This document shows, in pieces, positions 22,771-33,322 of a DNA stretch of 64,000 nt. The stretch's first letter is position 1. The number at the start of each line of letters is the position of its first letter. A program made the translations under genes and the position numbers. Origin of the DNA: an uncultured Methanosarcinaceae archaeon (GTDB lineage Archaea > Halobacteriota > Methanosarcinia > Methanosarcinales > Methanosarcinaceae); contig CAVSHT010000014.1 in the NCBI GenBank assembly GCA_963727895.1, positions 43,434 through 107,433 on the forward strand, read 5' to 3'. The notes beneath the pieces are model-generated. The model saw only the letters and a program-made list of their open reading frames with translations, did no database searches and had not been told where the DNA came from.

Positions 22771-24177
22771 TTAGCAAATACGAGCCAGACCATCTTCAGG
22801 TGGGCAGAGTTTTTTTGTTCCAGATTCTTTACCGTTTTCAAGAAACTTACATGCATTTTCAATATCGTTGACAAGAATAGTCACCATGTCCGATGTGAAG
22901 TTTTCTCTTACAACAATGCGCATTATCTCAATATTCTCAGCATTTTTCGGAAGACAGTAGGCGGGAACTATCCAACCCCTTTCCCTTAGCTTATACGAGA
23001 GCTGCTGCAGAGAATAGCTAGTTTCCTCTTTTTGTCTGAAAGCAATTATGGGAAGTCTTTCTCCATTGTTTAGCATTTTGAAACGGCCCAAACTGTCAAT
23101 TCTCTCGGCGAGATTTTGGGAAATCTCAAGGATATTCTTCATAATTCCAGTATAACCAGCTCTGCCGAATCTCAATATATTGTAATATTGGGCCACAACC
23201 ATTGCACTCCCTCCCGAAAAGTTCAGGGTGTACGAATCTTCCATTTCTCCAAGGTAATTTACATGGAAAATAAGATCTTGGGAAAGATCACTTTCGTCGC
23301 GGAAAATCAACCATCCAAGACCTGGATAAGTCAATCCGTATTTATGCCCTGAAACATTTATTGATTTTACTCTTTCCAATCTGAAATCCCATTTAAAATC
23401 AGGCTCGGTAAATGGTAATATAAAGCCACCACTTGCAGCATCTATGTGGATGGGTATATCCCAATCTTTTTCCTTCTTATATTCCATAAGCAAATCGTTA
23501 ATGTCCTTTATAGGATCAATTTCTCCAGTAAAAGTTGTTCCCAGAACACAACCAACACAAATTGTGTTCTCATCAATCTGCTCTGAAACAGCAGCTGCTG
23601 TAATTGTACGCTCATCTTTGTTTATAGGAATTTTTCTAGCATCGACGTCAAAGTATTTGGCAAATTTATCCCAGCAAACGTGAGCATCATTTCCAAAAAT
23701 TATGTTTGGTTTACCTGTGCCTCTTCCTGAGTTTTTCCAGCTCCATTTGTGAGCCAGTAAACCTAGCATTATGGCTTCTGATGAACCTACAGTTGCTGTG
23801 CCCATAAATTCTTTATCATGACCATTAAAAAGGCGTCCAAGCATATTTACAAGATTTTTGTGAATAACCTTGTCAGTTTGAGGATATTCAAAAATATCTA
23901 TTATATTTTTGTTAATGTTTTCCATGACAAGCTTATCGGCTTCAGGTCCCATCCATGTGTTAACAAAACTTGCTAGATTCAAAAAAGGATTGCCATCGAG
24001 GCTCTGTTCATCGTGTACCAGTTGATAAGCAACTCTTGGACTCATTCCTTCATTGGGAAATTCATATTTTGGAATTCCTTTTTCTACTGCTTTTGGAAGA
24101 TATCTAGCACTGTATGCTCCAACACGATACTTTTTAGACTCATCTAAATGTTCCAGGTTTACTTTTCTAGAAATCAT
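22771..24177 (-). CDS. gadB: Glutamate decarboxylase (PLP-dependent)
   Basis: NLASFVNTWM, GSSEAIML, HIDAASGGF, SINVSGHKYGL motifs. Confidence 0.92.
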   Translation of the reverse strand: MISRKVNLEHLDESKKYRVGAYSARYLPKAVEKGIPKYEFPNEGMSPRVAYQLVHDEQSLDGNPFLNLASFVNTWMGPEADKLVMENINKNIIDIFEYPQTDKVIHKNLVNMLGRLFNGHDKEFMGTATVGSSEAIMLGLLAHKWSWKNSGRGTGKPNIIFGNDAHVCWDKFAKYFDVDARKIPINKDERTITAAAVSEQIDENTICVGCVLGTTFTGEIDPIKDINDLLMEYKKEKDWDIPIHIDAASGGFILPFTEPDFKWDFRLERVKSINVSGHKYGLTYPGLGWLIFRDESDLSQDLIFHVNYLGEMEDSYTLNFSGGSAMVVAQYYNILRFGRAGYTGIMKNILEISQNLAERIDSLGRFKMLNNGERLPIIAFRQKEETSYSLQQLSYKLRERGWIVPAYCLPKNAENIEIMRIVVRENFTSDMVTILVNDIENACKFLENGKESGTKKLCPPEDGLARIC

Positions 24178-24454
24178 GACTTTTTAACCCCTCAAATATG
24201 ATTATAAAATACTCTACCTTCCACAGCTTACTATTAAAAACAAAAAGAAAATAAGAAGCTTGTGGGCATAGAATCTAAGTCTCTAATTAATCATCTTTTC
24301 TATTCATTAAAATAGATTCCATGTGTTTTTCGTTAAATGAGAAATTGTGTCTAGCCCCTCAATATTTATCAAATATTTTAATAAATTGTGAGATGGAACA
24401 TATTTACGGATTACGCTGATAAGTTTATCTTTAGATTTTGCGGATATTTCGAGA

Positions 24455-24565
24455 TAAGAACTTTAATACATACAACGTTCGGATTTTTAGAAAAAATTAC
24501 TTATTTTTCAATCAAAATTTAGAATATTCTTCACCAACTGCGAACCTTTTAATATTTACTTCGTA
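24455..24565. other. res-like double-dyad site E
   Basis: AGAAC-N15-GTTCG, 59 bp, CGAAC-N13-CTTCG; spacer resembles reverse complement of site A. Confidence 0.5.
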
Positions 24566-24966
24566 AAGATTTTTCATGAATGATGTACTTGTAACCCTTG
24601 ATAGAACCAAGGTTTTTACAATAACAGAATCGGGTATTATTATATGTGGTAATAAATTTATAGAAGAACTTATAAGAAATAGGTATCTATACAATATCAG
24701 ATAGGACTATTTTGATTAAAGACATTGGATTTTATTAAAAGATATTTACATTCTTTTATATAGCAGGATTAGTTAAAGAAAATATCATGCATATTAAGAT
24801 AGAACTTTTTTTTAGAATTCTTTTTTTTATTTGATAAATAATTTAAACTATTATATTCAAACTATCTAATGAGATATCATATTAGACTATGTATATAGCA
24901 ACAAAAGATCTAGCTCTCTAAATCGTTTGGTTTAGAACATAATCCAACCATATAGGAGTTCAAAAT

Positions 24967-25245
24967 ATGAATAAACATAAAGGAATAAGGGCAGTATCTC
25001 TGCTTGTTGGAATTCTGCTTTTCATGGCATCAATACAGACTTCATTTGCGGCATTCAATATCAAAAATTGGGACTGGAATACACCATTTGGGAACAAAAC
25101 CACGGAGAATGCAACATGGAGCAATACAACATGGAGTTCAACAAATGGTTCTGCTCCATCTTCTGATCTCATAAACATTAATCCGTTTTTCGGTTCTACG
25201 AACTTTTCAATACCGCCTATAAAGCAACTGCCGAAAATACAATAA
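24967..25245 (+). CDS. Small secreted protein
   Basis: GGAG RBS; signal peptide ending TSFA; several N-x-T/S sequons. Confidence 0.65.
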   Translation: MNKHKGIRAVSLLVGILLFMASIQTSFAAFNIKNWDWNTPFGNKTTENATWSNTTWSSTNGSAPSSDLININPFFGSTNFSIPPIKQLPKIQ

Positions 25246-25252
25246 AATAATG

Positions 25253-25423
25253 GGTTCCGTTGCAAAAAATATCTGCTAAGGATATAATTAAAATAAAAAG
25301 GAAATCAAAAGTAGTGACATGCTATCTAATTCCTTTAAATGGAAGCACTTTGTAGGTGAAATTATCTTATTGTGAAGGTTTTCGAAGATTTTATAAAATG
25401 CTCTGATTTTTTGCAACAGAACC
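25253..25423. mobile_element. IS6-ended MITE (hybrid of IS6 left end and MITE right end)
   Basis: IRs ggttccgttgcaaaaaat / ttttttgcaacagaacc. Confidence 0.8.
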
Positions 25424-25458
25424 GATATATTTAGATAAGAATACCAAGAAATGAAAAG

Positions 25459-26715
25459 TCACCATATCTGTACAGAACAGATTCTTCGTATATCTGGACG
25501 GTAGGTCATAAATCTAACAAATGCTCCATCTCGATAAATGGCATCCGCTAACATATCTGGGTCTCCAATAAAAACAATCTCACTCGTAAGGCCTCCACGC
25601 CCACGACTTGAAACGTTTGCATTGATAATTCCCATCATTTTAAATTTAGATATTTTTTGAGAAATTGCAGCTAATGATAATGGTTCTTCTTCTGCAAATT
25701 TACACATATCACGATATATTCGATAAACATCACCAGTGACAATGAATTTTCCGGTCTTCAGATATTTCTCAGCATAAATCATTGCTAATAAAGCAAACTT
25801 TTCATGGAAAGCCATGTTTAAAACAAACTGCAAGTTGATGTCCTCCTTAACTTTTATAGAAGCCATCATTACGTGTCCTGGTTGAACATTTGAACATTCT
25901 GTTTTAATTGCAAAATTACCTGCAGCTTGTAAAAGGAAAATTGCTCTTCTTGCATCTCCTTCGTCCTTTGCAGATTCTTCAGCACAGAGTTCTACAGTAC
26001 CTTCACAAATTACATTTGGGTAAAAAGCTAGAGGAATCCTCATATTTAAGATGTCAATTAATTGTCTCTTGTTATATGGAGGAAATACAATTGTTTCTCT
26101 TTGCATAGAAGAATCAACTCTTGGATCAAGAGAATTAACAAATTCACCCGTATTGGAAACACCGATAATATGAATGAACTGTCTTTCATTCAATTCTTTG
26201 AATTCTCCTGAACGGCTGAAATTGTAAAGGACATTGTCGTCTTTCAGAAAATCAATTTCGTCAAAAATAACCGTTAAAGAATGACCTTGTTTTTTGAGAT
26301 ATGAATAAAATAAGTCATAGTAATACCCACAAGATACTCCACTTTTTGGTAATGGTTCAGAATAGCCCAATTCACGAAGCAGAAAACTTAGAATTTTAGT
26401 TGTTGTGTTATGTTTTTTACATGGAACAGTGATATGTTTTAAATTGACTGAGCCTCCTGCTTCTGAATACAGTTGTCTAAGTACATGCTTAATTACAACT
26501 GTCTTTCCTGATCCAGGAGGGCCATATATAAAAGCATGTCCAGGCTTTCCATTTCTGAAGAGAGGATAAAAAATTTCAGCTATAGAATTTATTTCCTCAT
26601 CTCGGCCTACTAGAACACTTGGAATGTAGTCGCTTTCAAGAACATAAGAATCCTTAAATATTTTTACTTTTTTGAAATCAAAAAGTTTTTTGGGAACAGT
26701 AGAATCTAATTCCAT
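25459..26715 (-). CDS. cdc6: Orc1/Cdc6-family replication initiator (divergent)
   Basis: GPPGSGKT Walker A, FDEID Walker B, FPPY, GDARRA, C-terminal wHTH with RGRGG. Confidence 0.92.
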   Translation of the reverse strand: MELDSTVPKKLFDFKKVKIFKDSYVLESDYIPSVLVGRDEEINSIAEIFYPLFRNGKPGHAFIYGPPGSGKTVVIKHVLRQLYSEAGGSVNLKHITVPCKKHNTTTKILSFLLRELGYSEPLPKSGVSCGYYYDLFYSYLKKQGHSLTVIFDEIDFLKDDNVLYNFSRSGEFKELNERQFIHIIGVSNTGEFVNSLDPRVDSSMQRETIVFPPYNKRQLIDILNMRIPLAFYPNVICEGTVELCAEESAKDEGDARRAIFLLQAAGNFAIKTECSNVQPGHVMMASIKVKEDINLQFVLNMAFHEKFALLAMIYAEKYLKTGKFIVTGDVYRIYRDMCKFAEEEPLSLAAISQKISKFKMMGIINANVSSRGRGGLTSEIVFIGDPDMLADAIYRDGAFVRFMTYRPDIRRICSVQIW

Positions 26716-26784
26716 TCAAACATCTCCACTTTAATAAAACTATATAAAGCACAAGAAGATATTTAATGATTTTGATTTTGTATA

Positions 26785-26916
26785 AGAGCCTATCCTAAAA
26801 CTCAAAATTTGCTTATTAGGTATTCAATTTCATATATTCAACCAAGCTTTTGATTGTGAAAACAATTCCGAAAATTCCCAACAATTAGGAATAAAGTAGC
26901 TTTTGGGATAGGCTCT
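26785..26916. mobile_element. GAGCCTATCC-type MITE
   Basis: agagcctatcctaaaa ... ttttgggataggctct. Confidence 0.75.
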
Positions 26917-27035
26917 AATAGTACCAATAAAATGAAAAACATGATCAAAAGGATTTTTTTGATAATATCTCAAAACAAGACAGTGTGTGCGCTGGTAAAG
27001 TGGAAACGTTTTTCTTGACATTAAGCCGAAAAAGA

Positions 27036-27891
27036 GGTTCTGTTGCAAAAAATATCTGTTAAGGATATAATCAAATAAAAGGGAAGTAAAGGATAATGAC
27101 ATGCTATCTAATCCCTTTAAATGGAAGCATTTTGTGGGTGAAATTATTTTATTGAATGTTAGATGGTACTTAAAATATCCATTAAGTTATCGAAATTTAA
27201 AGGAAATGATGGCAGAAAGAGGGATAATAGTCAACCATACAACCATTATGAGATGGATACATCAATATTCACCTGAAATTGAAAAGAAGGTCCGAAGGCA
27301 TTTAAGACCAACAAACGACTCTTGGAGAGTTGATGAAACTTATATCAGAGTTAAAGGTAAATGGAAATATTTTTACCGAGCAGTTGACTCAAATGGAGAT
27401 ACAATTGATTTTATGTTAAGTGCAAAACGAGACCAAAAAGCAGCGAACAGATTCTTCAAAAAAGCTTTGAATTCTAATCAGAATCAAATTCCAAGAGTAA
27501 TCACAGTTGATAAAAATCCAGCTTATCCACCTGCTATAAATAAACTAAAAAATGACAAAATACTACCTATAAACGTAGGCATTAGACAAATCAAGTATTT
27601 GAATAACATTATAGAACAAGATCATAGATCCATTAAACGAATAGTTAATCCAATGTTAGGATTTCAGTCTTTTAACACAGCTATTAAAACTTTAAAAGGA
27701 ATTGAAGCGATGAATATGATTAAAAAAGGACAAGTCAAGAATCTAAATTACTCTGGTCTTAATGAAGCTAAATATATTAATCAATTATTTGGAATAGTTC
27801 TATAATATTGATACATCTTCTTGAATATTTTAACTTCTGTTCATTGTCTATAGATTTACATGCTTATTCTGAGATTTTTTGCAACGGAACC
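27036..27891 (+). mobile_element. IS6-family element, copy 2 (intact, no TSD)
   Basis: Same IRs as copy 1; flanks differ. Confidence 0.95.
27101..27805 (+). CDS. IS6 transposase (234 aa)
   Basis: WRVDETY, ITVDK, NNIIEQDHR DDE motifs. Confidence 0.95.
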   Translation: MLSNPFKWKHFVGEIILLNVRWYLKYPLSYRNLKEMMAERGIIVNHTTIMRWIHQYSPEIEKKVRRHLRPTNDSWRVDETYIRVKGKWKYFYRAVDSNGDTIDFMLSAKRDQKAANRFFKKALNSNQNQIPRVITVDKNPAYPPAINKLKNDKILPINVGIRQIKYLNNIIEQDHRSIKRIVNPMLGFQSFNTAIKTLKGIEAMNMIKKGQVKNLNYSGLNEAKYINQLFGIVL

Positions 27892-28338
27892 TACTACAGT
27901 CAAAAATAGAATTTACTCAGAATTTTATAGAATCTGTTTTCCACTTTAGCAATGCACATGCTATATACTACAGTCAAAAATAGAATTTACTCAGAATTTT
28001 ATAGAATCTGTTTTCCACTTTAGCAATGCACATGCTATATACTACAGTCAAAAATAGAATTTACTCAGAATTTTATAGAATCTGTTTTCCACTTTAGCAA
28101 TGCACATGCTATATACTACAGTCAAAAATAGAATTTACTCAGAATTTTATAGAATCTGTTTTCCACTTTAGCAATGCACATGCTATATACTACAGTCAAA
28201 AATAGAATTTACTCAGAATTTTATAGAATCTGTTTTCCACTTTAGCAATGCACATGCTATATACTACAGTCAAAAATAGAATTTACTCAGAATTTTATAG
28301 AATCTGTTTTCCACTTTAGCAATGCACATGCTATATAC
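27892..28338. repeat. Perfect non-coding tandem array, 6 x 74 bp
   Basis: ctacagtcaaaaatag at 27894, 27968, 28042, 28116, 28190 and 28264. Confidence 0.95.
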
Positions 28339-28502
28339 AAAGGAACTCTATTTATTATAGTTGTTCAGCATCTGTTGTGTTTATGAATAAGGGTGGGACA
28401 ATTCGTTTTATGGTGTCAATTGGTATTGCTGTTTTAATGGGTATATTAAGTGCTCTCGTTGTAGTGATACATAATCCAAAAAAATAGTGTGCCTGAATAT
28501 TG

Positions 28503-28997
28503 TTACCATAATTTCCACCACGGTTTACCCTTCTCAGCTGCAGGCGCTTCAATCTGCTTAACCTCAACATTCTTGAAGTAGTGAGCAAATACATTAAGCG
28601 TTTCTACTTCTTTTGTAAGATCTTCTATTCGCTTATCTTTTTCTTCAAGAAGCTTTTCTATACCAGTAAATCTTCCTTTTAATTCTGCAAATTCTAAAGG
28701 GTTCGGAGCAGCTTGTATTATGCTTTTTAGTTTATGTATTTCGTCCTTATTACTTTGTATTATGGTGTATTTTTCTTGTAATTCTTTTTTTAGTTTTTGT
28801 ATTTCGCTTTCTTGTTCGTGTAATACCTTTGTATTATTTAGTGTCTTTTCTTACGTATTATTTAATAAATTTTCTAAAGCTTTTGTAATACAAGCTGTTT
28901 TATCGTTATATTCTTCTGCCTCCACAGCTGTGACTAACAAGTCATGCAGGCTTTTAGGGATTTTAGCATTAATAGGAACACGTATTTCGCCGGTCAT
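28503..28997 (-). pseudogene. RHH-like + coiled-coil protein with KPWWKLW tail; internal TAA at 28851-28853
   Basis: Manual translation MTGEIRVPINAKIPKSLHDLLV...KTACITKALE...LEEKDKRIEDL...IEAPAAEKGKPWWKLW*. Confidence 0.75.
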
Positions 28998-29427
28998 ACT
29001 GGCGTATTATGGTGTAATATTTTAAAAATATAGTCTATCTTATGAGCATGAAATAATTGAATTTCAAAAGTATTTAAATATATATATTTAAGATCCATTT
29101 TCACATATTTGATAAATACCTATGTGTTTCTTACCATTTTTGAGTTAAAGTATGTTATTGATAGAATTAATTTTCTATCCACAAATGGAATGAGCTTCCT
29201 TATATTTAATTTTCGCATATGTATTGGTTCTTGCAGTTCATAGTATGTAGAATGAATTTTTACAAATTCACATCGCTTTTATCAGCCAATATCGAAAATT
29301 TTTGTTGAGTGAACAAAATTAGTTTGAAATCTAAAATTTTTTCTGATTTTTGGCACATGGACTATATAGTATTGTAACAAGAAAGTTAGTTGTAAAGGAA
29401 TACATTTTACAAAATGAGAAGATAACT

Positions 29428-29676
29428 ATGATAATAACTCCATTTTATTATTGCAGAAATTGCAGGAAACTTTACCCAGGAAACAAGGTTGAAATTGCAA
29501 ATGCTCCAATAGACAAACTTGTATCTGCAGCACGTTATACCCTTGGATCACAGGATCATATATTTAGAATTGGAGGCAAGACTATCCAGCTATCAGATTT
29601 GCATCATTGCAATGATCATGAGGTAGGATTAGCGAATTTTATAAAATTCCAGATTACTAAAGAAAAGAAAGAATAA
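29428..29676 (+). CDS. Small CxxC/HHC putative metal-binding protein, copy 1
   Basis: MIITPFYYCRNCRKLY...LHHCNDHE; paralog at 31300. Confidence 0.75.
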   Translation: MIITPFYYCRNCRKLYPGNKVEIANAPIDKLVSAARYTLGSQDHIFRIGGKTIQLSDLHHCNDHEVGLANFIKFQITKEKKE

Positions 29677-29844
29677 GATAAACAAAATTAGCATTTTTTG
29701 GAAAAAACTGAATTTCAGAAGCATAACTTTTTCTAAAATCTATGTATTTTTCATTTAGCGAAAATTAGTTTGCCTAAGCAAGAAAAACGGATAAAGTAGA
29801 TAGATCTTTGTAGAAAAAACGAAGCTGGTGAAATTTGGACTAAA

Positions 29845-30198
29845 TTAACTTTTTTTGATTTCTTCCAGTATCTCTTCTAGTGGCTCTTTCAGAGAAGGGA
29901 TATCTTTCTTTACAGTGCTCCAAATGATGGGAAGATCTACTACAAAATATCCATGAACTACTTTGTCACGGATTCCAGCCATGAGTTTCCATGGAACTTC
30001 TGAATGTTCATTTTTTAGGGACTCAGGAATATTCTTTGATGCTTCTCCAATGATTTCCAAGGCTTTCATTACAGCATATACTGTTTTTTTATCACTAGAA
30101 AATTCATCAAATTCAATTCCTTTAATGAATTCCTCTATATCGGCAACAGATTCTATAATATCAAGTAAAAATTGGGTAGAATCCCGCCTGTAAGTCAT
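29845..30198 (-). CDS. HEPN (DUF86/HepT) RNase toxin
   Basis: LEIIGEA, VPWK.MAGIRDKVVHGY (Rx4H). Confidence 0.92.
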   Translation of the reverse strand: MTYRRDSTQFLLDIIESVADIEEFIKGIEFDEFSSDKKTVYAVMKALEIIGEASKNIPESLKNEHSEVPWKLMAGIRDKVVHGYFVVDLPIIWSTVKKDIPSLKEPLEEILEEIKKS

Positions 30199-30503
30199 AA
30201 AGATATAACCTCATTAAGAATATGTTTTCCAACATTCTGTTTGAGACCTGTTCTAGTTACTAGATCTACTTTTATTCCCAAGAGGTCACTTAGATAGTAT
30301 TCAAGTTCAATGTATTTCAAAAGACCGGGTATTTTATCAAATTCTACTAGAACATCAAGATCACTATTCTTTGTTTGCTCTCCACGGATGTAAGACCCAA
30401 AAACTCCTATATAGCTTACGCTATATTTTTCTTTTAATTCAGGTATATGTTGCCTTAATATCTTGATAAAATATTCTGAATCTTTTAGTTCTTGAGAAAG
30501 CAT
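30195..30503 (-). CDS. MNT nucleotidyltransferase antitoxin
   Basis: FGSYIRGEQTKNSDLDVLVEF; 4-bp overlap with the HEPN gene. Confidence 0.92.
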   Translation of the reverse strand: MLSQELKDSEYFIKILRQHIPELKEKYSVSYIGVFGSYIRGEQTKNSDLDVLVEFDKIPGLLKYIELEYYLSDLLGIKVDLVTRTGLKQNVGKHILNEVISL

Positions 30504-30698
30504 TTTATATAGAATCCTCCAAGTATCTTCTCACAAACGTGGTAAAATAGTGAATACCTCATTAATGAGAATATGCATAATATCTATTTGTCATTTTCTC
30601 CGATTTGTTTTTAATTGATGCCTATTTTTAACATAAAAAGCTATGTGCATTAATTTAATTTTTGTAACATGAATATATTTATTATAAATGTTTAGGAA

Positions 30699-31060
30699 TC
30701 ATCTTGTAAGAATTCCCTATTCTATGAGCCTCTTTTCGATATCCTTCATTTCATAATTTGTAAAAGAAAGGCTCTGGTAATGTCTAAGACTGGTAATAGG
30801 ATCGTGTCTTTGCTTTCTGTATATTTCAATCTCTGGTATCCCTGATTTCAGCATCCAACTTTCAATAGTCTTCCTGGGAGTTTTTGGATTGACCTTTGGA
30901 GTAATACCGGCTTTGTAGCTCCATCTTTCAAGGTCCTCAAACCAAGTATTACGTGCTGGTGGTTTCTTGCTTTCTAGAAAAGCCTTGAAGAGATAGGGAA
31001 ATGTAGCCGGTAACTTATCAATTGTTCTCTTTACAAGTTTTTGTTTTACTCTAAAAAGGA
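30699..31060 (-). pseudogene. Tyrosine recombinase/integrase C-terminal fragment
   Basis: KQKLVKR, PKTPRKTIESW, HDPITSLRHYQ motifs; no N-terminus. Confidence 0.75.
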
Positions 31061-31299
31061 CAAATTTTGTCTGTCTGTCTGGTTCTCTCAGACACATGTC
31101 TAGCTAATAATAGATAACAAGACATGTTTTTCTATTGATGCTGATTTTGGCAGAGCAGACACTAAAATGAGATAATAAGTATAAATGTATATAATAAGTA
31201 GACGCATATTGTTTATACAGCCATAACAGGTTAAAGGCTGTCTGCGAAAAAGAAGAGATAACTACAAAAGAATGTCTTTTACAAAATGAGAAGATAAGT

Positions 31300-31548
31300 A
31301 TGATAATAACTCCGTTTTATTATTGCAGGAATTGCAGAAAACTTTACCCAGGAAACAAGCTTGAGATTGCAAACATTCCAATAGAAAAACTTGCATATGC
31401 AGCACGTTATACTCTGGGGTCGCAAGATCACGTATTTAGGATCGGAGGAAAAGTTATTCAGCTTTCAGATTTGCATCATTGCAACGATCATGAAGTCGGA
31501 TTAGCGAACTTTATAACAATCCATATTACTAAAGAAGAAAAAGAATAA
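31300..31548 (+). CDS. Small CxxC/HHC putative metal-binding protein, copy 2
   Basis: Highly similar to 29428-29676, including the upstream leader. Confidence 0.75.
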   Translation: MIITPFYYCRNCRKLYPGNKLEIANIPIEKLAYAARYTLGSQDHVFRIGGKVIQLSDLHHCNDHEVGLANFITIHITKEEKE

Positions 31549-31589
31549 GAGATATAAATTTTTTCCAATATACTTTCTTTTCCTGAATA

Positions 31590-31653
31590 CTTTAACTTTT
31601 GTTCATTATCCATAGATTTACAGGCTTATTCTCAGATTTTTTGCAACGGAACC
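31590..31653 (+). mobile_element. IS6 right-end relic
   Basis: ...ttttttgcaacggaacc. Confidence 0.7.
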
Positions 31654-31826
31654 TTCGACTGAAATAAAATTTAAACATGAGCCTGAAAATAAATCTGTAC
31701 TTATTCTCAGAGCTCGACTTTTTAAACTTAAATTCTGTTGAGCATAGCAAATTCTGTGCCTAAAATCCTTATATTGCTCTACTATTCAATCTAAAAACCA
31801 CTTTTCATATAGCTAAACGTCTGTGC

Positions 31827-32541
31827 TTAACGTGTGATATGTAAAACTGGTGATACTGTTTTGTCTATTGTCTCCCATGGGTTACACCTAACAGGCCATA
31901 CTACTGTGTGAGTACCTGATGTATAATAACTATGGGTTCCAGAAGCTAGATTTGTATAACTGTCTGCAATTTTATACTTTGTATTTGCTCCCCAAGTACT
32001 TGTCGATGCTATGGGACTTGCACCATTGTCTTTATGCAGGTATGAAGATATAGAGATATATGGAATTGTTGTAGAGGTAGTTGGATAAACCACTTTTGAA
32101 CTTGATGCAAAATCTATCTGACCTTGAACCTTTGCTGTTATAAAAGAGTCATCTTCTACTTTGTACGTGCCGACGCCAATTATATCTTGAGGGGTTATTT
32201 GACTATTTATATTATTTGATTCCGAACTTTTACTTGCACTCACTGTTTTTTTGCCTAGTTGTGTATTACTTGAATCTGGCCAAACCATTGGTTCTGTCTT
32301 TATACGCTCTACAATATCGTTAGGAAGCACTTCTAATGATCCTGGATACACCTTTTCCATAAATTCTGCAGTTGTTATATTTTTTCCCCAGACCTGAGAT
32401 AAAACTGTACTATTATTTGAAAAAAATTGATATGATTTTAAAGGCTTATTATTCTTTGTCACGGTATTGCTATTTTCATCTGCCAATGCTAACGGAGTTA
32501 GGAGAATTGCCAAAATGAATATTCCTATTATTAATTTTGGC
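31827..32541 (-). CDS. Secreted hypothetical protein, start removed by IS1
   Basis: Open frame to the IS1 IR; residual signal peptide LIIGIFILAILLTPLALA. Confidence 0.6.
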
Positions 32542-33208
32542 GGTATTGTTACCTAAATATATCTAGTTCTTTATTTCTGTATTTCATCAATAGAATAACC
32601 GAGTACTTTAGCATTTCAAGACTTTTTTATAACACTTTGTCTTTCTTCTCAATCTTGCCAGAAAATGCTTCAATATGCTGTTATATCCTTCAACAGTATA
32701 CGTTTCTGCTTTTGATTGGTATGGATCTTTTCTGAAGAAACTCTGCATATGACCTCCAGTGATCTGTCATCACTTCTCCAATCTCTTTTTTCTTCAATTT
32801 TTCCCAGAGTAGTTTTCCAGTTTCCGTTCCTCTGCTGCCAAAAGAGCAGTTGATGAACTTTTTCCTAACTCTATCAACAGCAATCCAGATCCAGCAATAC
32901 TTTTTTTGTTACCGATGTACGTGTGCATTTCATCCATTTCAACAATAAATATCTCATTTTCACTTTTTAGATTCTCTCACTCTTGACCAAATTTCTGTAT
33001 CCATCTTTGGACAGAAACATGACTTACCCCTAAAAATCGTCCTATTGAGCGAAAACCCAATCCTTCAATATAGCCACAATCAGAACATTTGTACCGTTGA
33101 CGCCCGTCAACTATATCATTTTTTTGTGACTGGAACTATTGCATCTGGGGCAGTTCATGCAGAAATATATGTTATAAGCATATATATCTATTTTTGATTA
33201 CCAATGCC
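32542..33208 (-). mobile_element. IS1-family element, degraded
   Basis: IRs ggtattgtta / ccaatgcc; homologous to 10091-10761. Confidence 0.88.
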
Positions 33209-33322
33209 CTATTTTTAGAGTGAAGAAAAAACTATGGCAAATGTAGAATTCTATCGGTTAATTGGAATTTTAGTAAAAAAGTAAAAGAAAGAAGGATTGA
33301 GAAAATCCTTCATTCTGAAAAT

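Noticed and set aside
27892..28338. CRISPR array
   Set aside because: All six 74-bp units are identical with no variable spacers, and there are no cas genes
28720..29025. Plus-strand 101-aa hydrophobic ORF
   Set aside because: Antisense shadow of the coiled-coil gene
30717..30719. TAG in the integrase fragment as pyrrolysine
   Set aside because: Gene is a 5'-truncated relic; likely TGG>TAG decay
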